A program made the position numbers and the translations under genes. From positions 27,120,611 to 27,184,610 of the forward strand of contig CM119263.1 of the NCBI GenBank assembly GCA_051294375.1: a stretch of 64,000 nt of DNA. The letters are read 5' to 3'. Of this stretch, positions 27,217 through 37,180 are shown piece by piece. The stretch is from Paraspadella gotoi. Lineage: Eukaryota > Animalia > Chaetognatha. Within the stretch, counting starts at the first letter, position 1. Each line of letters starts with the position of its first letter. The notes under the pieces are model-generated. The model did no database searches. It was not told the DNA's origin and was given only the letters and a program-made list of their open reading frames with translations.

Positions 27217-27354
27217 TGAAATTGGTACAACCAATATAAAAATTATCCATTCATTTAATAAATAAGCTATCTTGCCCCTGACTTTGGACAGGCTTTGGTG
27301 GTTTAAGGCCTCCATCACTCTTACAAGATAATGACATAGCAGGTCCCTGCAAGC
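27217..27354. mobile_element. Short recently inserted element (3 copies in window) with TAATA(T) target-site duplication
   Basis: Interrupts the MITE and is flanked by TAATA at 27212-16 and 27355-59. Segment 27215-27327 is the exact reverse complement of 27676-27788; 32189-32263 is an identical shorter copy. Confidence 0.75.
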
Positions 27355-27675
27355 TAATATATAACAAATGACCAAAATTTTTTTTAAAAAAAATTATTTT
27401 TTAAGAACGGATTCTTATAGAGCTTGAAAAGTTAAATGAAAGTTAGTACTACAATTTTTTAAAATTTTGACAAGAAATTGGTTAAAAACAACAAAAAAAC
27501 GTTAAAAAATCATCATCATCATCATTGGCTGAATTTTATAGTTTTTAAAATTTTAAAATTTTTATCAATAAAACAAAAAAATTAAAAAAATTTATATTAA
27601 TAACCTTTATCTAACTTTTAAAGCTCTATCAGAATCTATCAAAAAAAAATTGAAAAATTCAAAAAAAAATTTTAA

Positions 27676-27788
27676 CTTGTAAGAGTGATGGAGGCCTTAA
27701 ACCACCAAAGCCTGTCCAAAGTCAGGGGCAAGATAGCTTATTTATTAAATGAATGGATAATTTTTATATTGGTTGTACCAATTTCATA
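27676..27788. mobile_element. Inverted second copy of the short element
   Basis: 113-bp perfect reverse complement of 27215-27327. Confidence 0.75.
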
Positions 27789-28263
27789 GTAATAAAATAA
27801 TCTTTAAAGGCTTCCGTGCGCTTATTAATGAAATAATTTTTTAAAATTATTTTTATTTTCATATTCTTTAACAGTCTCTTTACCAATATTTATTTGAGAG
27901 AACTTCTAGTTTACCTGTTCCGGCCTAATGATTAGAGCTTTAATTTGAAACCATACCCACCTTTCTATCTAAATTTATTCTATTGGCACAATACCTAAAT
28001 TTCAAAATAAAACCAAAGTTTTCATCATCGGGAGACATATCACTTTCAGTTGTCACCATCGTCTTATTCATTTATGGCTTATGATTTAAGAAATCAGAGA
28101 AACGAGGTATCTAGTCCAAATTTAGACTTTTAGCAGCAGTCATTTTACTGTATCATTCTAGCCGAAAAAATATTTTGCATGCATTTGTCCAGCATAACTG
28201 TCAGGTAGGAATGGCTTGTTAGTACAAATGGTCAGACAAAGTAAATTCAATGACCGATAATTA

Positions 28264-29095
28264 TTTTAGTCGGATCTGCTTATCAGCAGATTCCGACTCT
28301 ATAATTCACTTTGTTGGTCCGTCGGTTCCACCCCTAAAACCTTGTCGGTAAATCATTTTTATCACATGAGAACATCATATTATGCTAAATTAAGCAACAA
28401 AAAAAATGATGTCCGTCCATCGGTCCGTCTGTCCGTCCGTCCCCCTTAGCAACAAAACTACAATTACTCGTGATTGGATAGATGGATTAGAATGAAATTT
28501 TGTTTATGGTTAGGAAAGTGTATGATTGAGCACTGAGCACAATATAAAGTTTTGATGGAATCGAGGAGTAGAAATAAGTTTGCATGGAAAAAACCTAAGT
28601 CAAGTTGACTTGAATTTTTATTATTTATGCTTACTCATGAATGTTTTAATTAATTAATTAATTAATTGCAGGTTAAAAAAATGCTGGGGCTATAGTTAAA
28701 AGAATTATGCAAGTTGAAAAAATTATGCGAGTTGAAAAAAATTATGCAAGTTGAAAAAATTATTCAAGTTGTAAAATGATGTAAGTTGAAAATGCTGCCA
28801 GTTGAAAAAATGATATGAATATAAAAATGATGCAAATTAAAAAATAATGCAAATTAAAAAAATTATGCGAATAGAAAAAAAAATTTTCATAAATTTATTT
28901 TAAAAATAATTTTGCTGTCAATATCAATATACTTGGAATTTTTGGTTTTATGATCTGTTACTATGATTGTGTTCCGATCTGTTGTAATATGTTATGATGA
29001 CAAATTAAAAGACTCATCATGACTTATAATCTGATTACCTTCTTACCACTAAATTATTGTAGGCAGATCCGACACTGGTTGCTCAAAACCTGTTT
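28264..29095 (+). mobile_element. Non-autonomous Helentron-associated element (HINE / DINE-1-like)
   Basis: 5' subTIR plus partial inverted repeat AGTCGGATCTGCT-TATC-AGCAGATTCCGACT (28268-28298) after a T run. (GTCC/GTCT)n tract at 28411-28441. Central ~19-20 bp tandem repeats at 28703-28876. 3' subTIR GCAGATCCGAC (29063-29073) followed by a short imperfect hairpin and Ts. A second 5' end lies at 26811-26850. Confidence 0.75.
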
Positions 29096-29232
29096 ATATT
29101 TATGATGATCTAATGGTAGTTTCCTTTGTTGTTGTTATGACTTAATGATGGATGAGGATCAGGAGGATTTGAAAAAGATTTTCCTTAATTTTTTACAACA
29201 TTCCAATTATCTTGCAAAATTATTTAACGTGT

Positions 29233-31491
29233 TTAATCGTGTAAAAGAATAATGAGAGACGGCAAAATTAAAAATATCATACAAGGTAAGTTTGCAAAAT
29301 CGGTTATTTTTTTAACAATCCAGCTTCTAAAATTGTATACATCTAAAACGGAATTCATCAATTTGCCTGGGAGAATTGAACATTTAACCATCGATAAGGG
29401 GTAAGATGTAGTTGTTGAACAACACTGCCAAATTTCTTTCAAATCGGCCATCATAAAGTGGATGAGACCATCTCTCTCTACTCTGCCCTCCTCTCCATCA
29501 CCATCGCGAACCCTTTTTCTATTATAGTTTGATAAAATGTAGAGACAAGTGTAAAACAAAGAAAACATCAGAATAAAAATCCACCTTTTGAAAAACTCGT
29601 TATTCTTTCTTCTGAATGGGATAGCAAAGAGCGAGTTAAAGAAAGGAAAAAACGAAAGACAAAAGAGAAAAAAATAGTTTTCGTGGAAAATATGCGTTAA
29701 GTAAAACCTCGTGACAGTTTCTTGTATAGTAAATGGAGCAACTGGCCCCTTGTAGGACCCATTCCTTAAGCAAATATTTATATATTTTTCAATGTTGAAG
29801 TCATTATTCAAGTATTGGATTGACACGAAGAAGAGAAATGGAACGCAGAGTGAAAAAATAATTGACAAAAAGATTAGCGTCCAGGATATCATTTTGCTTT
29901 TCGCGCAAGTTAAGATTTTTTTTTGTAGCAATAAAATAAAAAAAACAAAAGCTAATGGGAAAAAATTAGAAACTAATAAGAAATTTGATTTTCCTTGTTT
30001 TAACGTTGATGGCGTTTTCATAAACATCAAAACGAAAAAAAAACAAACGGACTCCAAGGCTAAAAAATATTTCATAACCATTCTTTTAAGAATTAAAAGT
30101 ATAAGTGTATCCATCAAAAAAAAGAGCGCCTCAATAGAAATTAAAATAAGTACGAGTTTATTTCTTAGTAAAAAAAATAAAGTATTGTTGCCATGATACA
30201 CCAAAAATAGTAAACTGTGGAAGATGATGCCGCGAGCAGTCATTTTTTTGACAGATAAAGGTTTTGATGGAAATAAAGAAATATAATAATTATTTACACT
30301 TCTTTCAAATTTTTGTGTTTGACTGTCATATGCAACAGCGTTTACATGAAAAAAATCCGGTCTAATTAGTTTAAACCTAGACTGCCATTTACTATTCGCA
30401 TTAACAAATAACCAACTATTCGAGGTGAGATTAAGAGTATTAATTAAAAATTTGTGGCGACGGTAATTCAAACTGATCGAAAATAAAAACAAATTAAAAA
30501 ACCCAGTGCAAATTCTTTGAAAAGAATCTTCATTCATTTTTATTACAGATGGATGGTCGAAAAAATAGTAGTTATTCCAGATCGATTTGGCAAAGTACGC
30601 GAGTTCTGATGGGGTGAAAACTCGTAAAAGTAAAAAAGGAGCAAATATTAAAAAGATGAAGGAATGTTTCAAGGTGTTTGAGAAAATCATGTAAAGCCCA
30701 AGTCCAAGGCCCAAAGTGCTTTGGATGCACCCCAAAAAAGAGCTAACCACTATTAGTTGTGTTCTCTCTGTAAAGCCTCGCGCTTTTACAAGTATCCCGA
30801 CCATTGACGTACAAGATAAGGCTATAGAGACAAGAGTAGAATAATTTGTAATCTTCCAGCTGCAAACGTAAGCCCAATCAAAAGTGAGGCCCTTCTCGCA
30901 AAAACACTTTGTATTAATATCTTTAAGGCTGTCATTTATTTTTAGATATTTAAATACCGATCCATTCAGTTTCGTCTCGGAAACATAGGTACTTAGTGTT
31001 AGCGATTTCAAGCTGGGCAGACACAGCTCATTGTTTATCTTGATCATCGTAAAAATTATTGATGCAGTTTGAAGAAGCAATTGCCAAAATGATTCAAATA
31101 AAGCTTGTATAAAATTTAAATGAAAAATATTATTTTCTTTAAATTTGAAAACCAGCAAATTTTGGGCTTTTCTTGTGAGATAAAAATCAAAGGAGACAGG
31201 AATGATGGACAATCCCACAAGGTGAAAGAGAAAGGTCAACGCTCTTTGCAAAGGAGTACTCCATAGGTTGACAAAATGTTCTTGGTGCTTCATAATGATC
31301 CGCAAACTGTAGATCATTGAAATCAGGCAATGTGATAAGAATACTAATAAAAATAATAGGCCCAATGAAGTAAAGAAAGGCTCGTTGAAAGAGAGATGAT
31401 CTGCGACGGTCTTCAAATCCGTCAACAGGTCGGTGACAGAGAGAAGCATCGTGACTACGACTTCAAAATTTTCTAATCTCAATGCCTTCAT
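29233..31491 (-). CDS. XK-related (XKR/scramblase family-like) multi-pass membrane protein, paralog A, 752 aa, intronless
   Basis: 2.26-kb uninterrupted ORF in very AT-rich DNA. XK-like motifs: SVTDLLTDLKTVADH (DxxTD helix), QALFESFWQLLLQ (ExxxQLxLQ) and TLVSIALSCTSMV. Many hydrophobic segments. Collinear similarity to the 933-aa neighbour (shared LRVFTPSEL, SWxLIFxSxIF, ENxxxLxxLxxFP). Confidence 0.8.
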   Translation of the reverse strand: MKALRLENFEVVVTMLLSVTDLLTDLKTVADHLSFNEPFFTSLGLLFLLVFLSHCLISMIYSLRIIMKHQEHFVNLWSTPLQRALTFLFHLVGLSIIPVSFDFYLTRKAQNLLVFKFKENNIFHLNFIQALFESFWQLLLQTASIIFTMIKINNELCLPSLKSLTLSTYVSETKLNGSVFKYLKINDSLKDINTKCFCEKGLTFDWAYVCSWKITNYSTLVSIALSCTSMVGILVKARGFTERTQLIVVSSFLGCIQSTLGLGLGLYMIFSNTLKHSFIFLIFAPFLLLRVFTPSELAYFAKSIWNNYYFFDHPSVIKMNEDSFQRICTGFFNLFLFSISLNYRRHKFLINTLNLTSNSWLFVNANSKWQSRFKLIRPDFFHVNAVAYDSQTQKFERSVNNYYISLFPSKPLSVKKMTARGIIFHSLLFLVYHGNNTLFFLLRNKLVLILISIEALFFLMDTLILLILKRMVMKYFLALESVCFFFVLMFMKTPSTLKQGKSNFLLVSNFFPLAFVFFILLLQKKILTCAKSKMISWTLIFLSIIFSLCVPFLFFVSIQYLNNDFNIEKYINICLRNGSYKGPVAPFTIQETVTRFYLTHIFHENYFFLFCLSFFPFFNSLFAIPFRRKNNEFFKRWIFILMFSLFYTCLYILSNYNRKRVRDGDGEEGRVERDGLIHFMMADLKEIWQCCSTTTSYPLSMVKCSILPGKLMNSVLDVYNFRSWIVKKITDFANLPCMIFLILPSLIILLHD

Positions 31492-32369
31492 CTTGTGTTT
31501 GAAATGCAGAGTTGAATTCTGAAGCGTCGTTTTAGAAAGTAAGGAATTGTTATAAATTTCGTTGTCGCGAGATTGATTTACGAGAAAGAATCATGGAACC
31601 AAGAAAGGTCAATAGGTCAATCAGTAAAGGAAAATGTCAAAGCCAAGTCAGCGACCGATACATGGTGACAATTTTAAACCCGCCGCTATAAAAATGCTGC
31701 CATTTGCAAACCAGTGCTTATTTTATGGATTTTGAAAGTTAGTTTAATAAAAAATACCAAAGTCATTTATATGTATAAATTTCATCTTGATCAGTTAAGA
31801 TATTGTTGATAATGAGTGGAAAAGGGGCTTTCATTTTCTAACTCAAAGTTTTTAAATTTAATTTTTTTTTAACCTCTTGTATTTTTAAAAAAAAAATGAA
31901 TTAAAATATTATTAATAAAATCTTAAAGTATAGTGATCTCGCCAGACGTTAATATCAAAGATAATTAATGAAAAAATCAGGAAAAAAAAAGTAATGCGAT
32001 AATGAATTGATTGATTGTTGTAATAATAAATAATTGATGTAATAATAATTGATTGATGTAATGATAATTGATTGATGTAATAATAATTGATTGATGTATT
32101 AGTAAATGATTGATGTAATAGTAATTGATTATTGTAATAATAATTATTTGATGTAATACTAATCGATTGTTGTAATAGTAATTGATTTTATGAAATTGGT
32201 ACAACCAATATAAAAATTATCCATTCATTTAATAAATAAGCTATCTTGCCCCTGACTTTGGACTTTGGACTTATGTAATATTAATTGATTGATGTAACAT
32301 TAATTAATTGATTACTTTTCATTTTTGTTTTGTTGCGATTTGATTTAGAACAAAGTTTTTAAAAAAGAG

Positions 32370-32560
32370 TTATAACAACTATTTTATTTCATAGTGAAAC
32401 GGACATGTTTCGACTCACATACGAGCCTTCTTCAGTGCCAATTCAATTTTTTGAAAGGTTTTAACTATCCTAATTAAATTAAGGCTGGGCAGGTTAAATT
32501 TTATACTGCAGTATACGTCAATACATCATTTTCTTCATATTTGCAAGGGCTTTCAGAAGA
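32370..32560 (-). mobile_element. Possible decayed Penelope-like element 3' end
   Basis: Immediately upstream of the hammerhead, a minus frame reads YCSIKFNLPSLNLIRIVKTFQKIEL. The I-x4-PSLN pattern resembles the end of Penelope GIY-YIG endonucleases. Hammerhead then AATAAA follow, the usual PLE pLTR layout. Confidence 0.4.
32397..32439 (-). ncRNA. Second minimal hammerhead of the same family, stem I partly decayed
   Basis: Minus strand: GGCA-CTGAAGA-A-GGCTC-GTATGT-GAGTC-GAAA-CATG-TC|CGTT. The core is intact; the stem I base pair next to the core is mismatched. Confidence 0.7.
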
Positions 32561-33111
32561 TAATAATATTGATACTATTTTATTTAAAATTTCTTTAAAA
32601 AGCTTAGTGAAAGTCGGAGAAAAAAATTGAATATAAAAAGAGTGAGTTTAAAAATGAGAGACGGTTTTCAAATCGATCAAATAAAAAAACTAGGGCATAT
32701 AAAAATCGATTCATATAAAGTTTGCACATATAAATAGTTTTGATTTTTACTTTTAAATTAGTATAAAACATTAAAAAAATCTTTACGAATTTGCAAATGA
32801 CAGCTTTTTTTTAGCCGCTGGTATATAATTGTCACCATATATATCGCAAAATTAAAAAAATACCCAAGCGGCGTTTTCAGTGGTCAGAAATATCATGTAA
32901 TAAATGATTCGAAATTTTGATATCAAATTTAATTTTTTAATGAGATTACTCTGAAAAAAGCAACAAAAAAATTGCGAGTATGTATTTTGGTATTTCATCT
33001 GTGGGAGAGTAAAAATTAGATGAATTAAGACAGAAATGGAAAAGAGGGAAATAATGATATTTTTAAGAAAATATAAACCATAATTTTGATTGAATTATTT
33101 CAAAGTGAGTA

Positions 33112-33414
33112 AAAAATTGGATGAATTATTAGAAAAAAAGAGAAAAATACAAAAAGATATGGAGACAACAACAGCTATAAATTTATCAAAAATAAAAAAA
33201 ATTATAGAGCAAAACCTTGTTGAAAAAATCTCTTGACATTCTTGTCATTAATTAAAATGTTACCAAAAAAAATTGGATGAATTATTATAAAAAGTAAAAA
33301 AATATAAAAAGATATGGAGACAACAACAGCTATAAATGTATCAAAAATATAAAAAAAATTATACAGTAAAACCTTGTTGAATGAATCTTTTGACATGTTT
33401 GTCGTTTATTAAAA
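33112..33414 (+). repeat. ~155-bp tandem duplication downstream of XK-like paralog B
   Basis: AAAAAATTGGATGAATTATTA...AAAAGATATGGAGACAACAACAGCTATAAAT...AAAACCTTGTTGAA occurs twice; the differences are largely substitutions. Confidence 0.8.
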
Positions 33415-33611
33415 TTATAAAAAAATCAAAAAACAGAAAACATTGAATTAAGAAATTGAAAAGATGGTTAAAAATATTTCAAATATTAAACCTATCTTTA
33501 AAACTAAAAAACTCTTTGTTTGGATATAAAAATTGGATTGGTGGATTGTTAAAAAGGATTGGCTGGTCAGTGATCATAAAGGTTATCTTGAAGGGTTTAA
33601 CTTTAATTTAT

Positions 33612-36413
33612 TCACTTCAATGTCAGCAAAAAAAATGGATAAATTACTAAAAGCAGAGAAAAAAAATAAATAGGTTTGGAATTTCGTTGTTGAATTACAC
33701 GCTCTAGTCGGTTGAAAGTGTTGTTAACATAAAACTTTAAGTAATAATTAAAGCTTTTTTTATAACTCATTTTCAAAAAAAGGGTCATTATGACGTGCTT
33801 TATATGGGGTTTTAGGTTTTTGCCTCTGAGATGATTCCGTTTGCAACTAAATTCTAGTTTTGAAACCTGTTGAAGCACAATCAATTCTAATGATCTATGA
33901 TGCATATCATTAAATTCAAAGTTCATTGCTTGATTTATGAATCCGAGTTTCCAAGTCATTGCTTCAAAGTCCCACATTGAAAGTTGTCCATATATTTTTG
34001 AAAAAAATTGATGCACTGGAAGGATACTTATCGGGAGTGTTAGGAAAATAAGTCTGATGGAAAACTTAGAAATTTTGAAACATAAAATATGATTTATCAA
34101 ATGAAAAATTGGAAATGAAGCTAAAAAATATAGAATCCAAAAGTTTTCCTTTAAGTAAATCCAATAAAGCAATTTTATTTTATAACTGAAAAATTTAGTA
34201 TCCAAATTGTTGTCCAATTTACACAGAAACTTAACTTCATTAAGCACATTAGATTTAAGAATGTCTGGAAAAATAAAAACTATTACCTGAAAAATTACAG
34301 AAAAAAATATTAGAGCCCATGATAAAATTAATTTGTATTTTTTTAAGAACATTTTTTTTAATAGTCTGAAACCCCTAAAAATGAGCATGATGTAAGAAAG
34401 GTTGTAAAAATAAGATAAAGATTTTGCACAAATGTATAATTGCTCTTGTAAGTCAAACACTTCTCGAGTTTTCATTTTCATTGCAAGAGAAAGACCTTCC
34501 CCAAGCCTTCTGTTATTCCCTTTCCATTTTATGTCCAATAATAATCTAAAAATAGTAAAATTCGAAGAAGGAAATTCTCCAGCCAACTCCAATGAATGCA
34601 CAAAATCATTTAGCGACTCATAAGCACGCTTTCTTTTCTTTTTTTCTGTCAGTGTCCCAGCATAAATGGTAAAGTAAAATGATTGCTGGAGATAATTTAA
34701 AAATATCAATAATTGAACCAACAAAATAGCTAAGATATATTTTGCGTGGTTTTGAAATTGTTTCTTTAAAAAAAGGTTAAAGCAGTTAAAGACAAATCCA
34801 GAGATAAAGTCAAAGAGCATCAATAGTAAGATCAAGGAGAAACTAGGGGTCATTAGGTTATAATTTCCTAACCTAAGAACCACATTTGGAATAGTTGACT
34901 CTTTAATGTGAATTTTGCGTAATCTTTTTCGAATGGGATGTCGGCAGTCCTCGTCAACATTAGTAGCATTTGCTTTGTCTTTAAAAAACATACTAGGTTT
35001 CCAGTCGATGATGTTTCTGTCAAAGCCCTGAAAATGTAGACAATTGGTGGTAACTTGATTGAAAAGTTTCCAAGCACTACTGTTTTGATATGTATGAAAA
35101 GATTTTTTTTTACACTCAACGTACAACAGTTGTTGAGTGGAATCATTTGGCTCATTACTTGGTCTCCAAATATTGTGATAAAACAAGAGGCGCGGCATGT
35201 TATCCCTTTTAAGAGTAGCCAAGCCCCAAATAAGAAACACTGTTGAATACTCCCTGGGATAATTCGTGACAAATTCTGGGTCATCCAAATATTCTGTGAC
35301 AACGACACTCTTCTCCACTTCATTGAAAAAAGAAAACAAGAAAAAACTTGTAAAAGAAACCAGCAGAAGCTGAGTAAGTCTTGGCTTTTGACACAACGCG
35401 ACGCGCTCATAGTTTAATTGAGAATGAAGAAACATTGATCTAAGTAGATGCACCAGTTCGGATGGAGTAAAAACTCTAAGTGGTATAAAAGAAACAAAAA
35501 TTCCAAACCAGAGATTAATCTTGATGCTGAAATTGAATATCATGTAAAGACAGACAGATGCTCCAATCAATGATTGAATCAAGCCAGTGGCCTCTAGGAA
35601 TTTTAATTTTATAAATGAAGAATTGTAAGGTCCCATGACATTATACTCCAATTTTCGAAATTGCAATGCCCCTTTCGTCAGACCAATCAAGGAAATTGCG
35701 ATTGAAACCAATTGAAAAGTATTATCCCGAATGTTCCATCGACAAACAAATTCTCTGTGTCCGATGAATGAACGAACATAGTTGCATGTACAAACTTCAT
35801 TTATGGATTTAATCGTGCCATTAACAATTTTATGAAGGAAACCTTGAGTAGCCGCATTTGCCTGGTAGTACTTTGGTAGGACGTCTATATTGTCGTCGGG
35901 TAAATATCTAATGTACTTTTTTGGCAGCAGAACTTCTTCAGGAAAACAATGTTTATTCTCGCTGTCTGCACTGGTTAGAGAGATGATCAAGCCTCCAATC
36001 TGTACTAAGAGTTGCGGGAAGTCTTCTACCAAACAATGTAAAAAATTGATATAAAACAAAAATTTTTCTTTAGAGGCTAATACATTTTCACGTTCGATTT
36101 TTTTCCCCAGGTACAAATCTAGAGAAACGGGAATAGAACCTAAGCCAAAAATGAAAAAGGCGACAGTCCAACATCGTGCCGACTTTTTTTGCCAAAGTCT
36201 TTTGTAGTGTTGCCTTTGTTTGAACAGCAAATTAACACCGTAAATAGTCGAGATTATACAATGAAGTGTTACAAAAAAACCAACCGCAAATCCAATTCTG
36301 CTCAGAAAAACATGTTTTTTCTTTGCGTAATCTTTTGCAGTTTTCAAGTCGGTGGCGATGTCAAAAACATTTAGTGCGGAAGTGATGAGTGGTGGAAACA
36401 TTCGGAGATCCAT
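33612..36413 (-). CDS. XK-related (XKR/scramblase family-like) multi-pass membrane protein, paralog B, 933 aa, intronless
   Basis: 2.8-kb uninterrupted ORF. XK-like motifs: NVFDIATDLKTAKDY, HCLVEDFPQLLVQ (ExxPQLxxQ signature) and FQLVSIAISLIGL. Multiple hydrophobic helices. Clear paralog of 29233-31491. Confidence 0.83.
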   Translation of the reverse strand: MDLRMFPPLITSALNVFDIATDLKTAKDYAKKKHVFLSRIGFAVGFFVTLHCIISTIYGVNLLFKQRQHYKRLWQKKSARCWTVAFFIFGLGSIPVSLDLYLGKKIERENVLASKEKFLFYINFLHCLVEDFPQLLVQIGGLIISLTSADSENKHCFPEEVLLPKKYIRYLPDDNIDVLPKYYQANAATQGFLHKIVNGTIKSINEVCTCNYVRSFIGHREFVCRWNIRDNTFQLVSIAISLIGLTKGALQFRKLEYNVMGPYNSSFIKLKFLEATGLIQSLIGASVCLYMIFNFSIKINLWFGIFVSFIPLRVFTPSELVHLLRSMFLHSQLNYERVALCQKPRLTQLLLVSFTSFFLFSFFNEVEKSVVVTEYLDDPEFVTNYPREYSTVFLIWGLATLKRDNMPRLLFYHNIWRPSNEPNDSTQQLLYVECKKKSFHTYQNSSAWKLFNQVTTNCLHFQGFDRNIIDWKPSMFFKDKANATNVDEDCRHPIRKRLRKIHIKESTIPNVVLRLGNYNLMTPSFSLILLLMLFDFISGFVFNCFNLFLKKQFQNHAKYILAILLVQLLIFLNYLQQSFYFTIYAGTLTEKKKRKRAYESLNDFVHSLELAGEFPSSNFTIFRLLLDIKWKGNNRRLGEGLSLAMKMKTREVFDLQEQLYICAKSLSYFYNLSYIMLIFRGFRLLKKMFLKKYKLILSWALIFFSVIFQVIVFIFPDILKSNVLNEVKFLCKLDNNLDTKFFSYKIKLLYWIYLKENFWILYFLASFPIFHLINHILCFKISKFSIRLIFLTLPISILPVHQFFSKIYGQLSMWDFEAMTWKLGFINQAMNFEFNDMHHRSLELIVLQQVSKLEFSCKRNHLRGKNLKPHIKHVIMTLFLKMSYKKSFNYYLKFYVNNTFNRLERVIQQRNSKPIYFFSLLLVIYPFFLLTLK

Positions 36414-37180
36414 GTTGTTGTTGTTTTATGTTCGGCGAAGAAACTGCAAATAATAAAGATAAATGTGTTGCAGAATTTCTTATCTTTTTCTGGTTATGGA
36501 GTTTTTTTGCTTCATCCGATCATCCGATCCGAATTTGATTCTGGTGGCTTGAAACTCCTGCGATGAGACGGTGCAGGTAATTTAAAACGGTGAGGGGGGG
36601 TTTCACCGGCACTATGCTTTACGATCGAATATGCCCCAACGTACGATTACCCTGCTCGAACTAATATGCTTACAGCAGACCTAACTTGAACTCTATGATT
36701 CACATTTTTGGGCTGTCGGTCCGCTCCCAAACTTAGATCCTCTCAGAACATCTGTTTTTTTGTCCCTTTGCCTGTCTGTCCGTCCGCCCATTTTAGCTAA
36801 ACATGGAATGAGTTTTTAAAATGAAAAAAAAAAAAAAACAATAGATCAATAATTTTTTTTCTATACTAAATTAACCCGTTCGGATATGACGTTGTTTGTT
36901 CAAAGTTGTTTAAATTTCCCAGAGCTAAATATATGTGTTTTATTTCGAATTTAACAAGGTTGATTCAGTACATACATGAGCATCAAAAAAAGCTAAGACT
37001 AAAGACAAAACAAAGTTAACCAGTGGCTGCGCCAATACATGTAAATCTCTTTCAAATTTCAAATTTTTTGAATGTTCCTTTGTCTTACAAAAGGCCTCCT
37101 GTTTTGTAAAGCCTTCTCATAAAATAAGGTGAAAATACAAAGAAGATTTAATAGTAGAAATCTACTATGAAATTAAACTC

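Larger units (their letters stand above)
27063..27930 (+). mobile_element. MITE family 1 copy carrying two nested insertions
   Basis: Runs TAGTAAGGCGGGCCAAAATTGAACAC ... ACCTGTTCCGGCCTA; interrupted at 27217-27354 and 27676-27788. Confidence 0.75.
31661..32839. mobile_element. Old TIR element (MITE-like, TA-flanked) between the two XK-like genes, with nested insertions
   Basis: CATGGTGACAATT...GCTGCCATTTGCAAA (31661-31710) is a degenerate reverse complement of TTTGCAAATGACAGC...AATTGTCACCATA (32790-32839). Weaker inverted similarity extends inward. Confidence 0.6.

Noticed and set aside
28703-28876. CRISPR-like periodic repeats
   Set aside because: Head-to-tail ~19-20 bp units without unique spacers, no cas genes, and located inside a HINE.
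34868-35410. 180-aa alternative-frame ORF inside paralog B, and antisense ORFs over the three genes
   Set aside because: Shadows of the real coding frames with no independent motifs.
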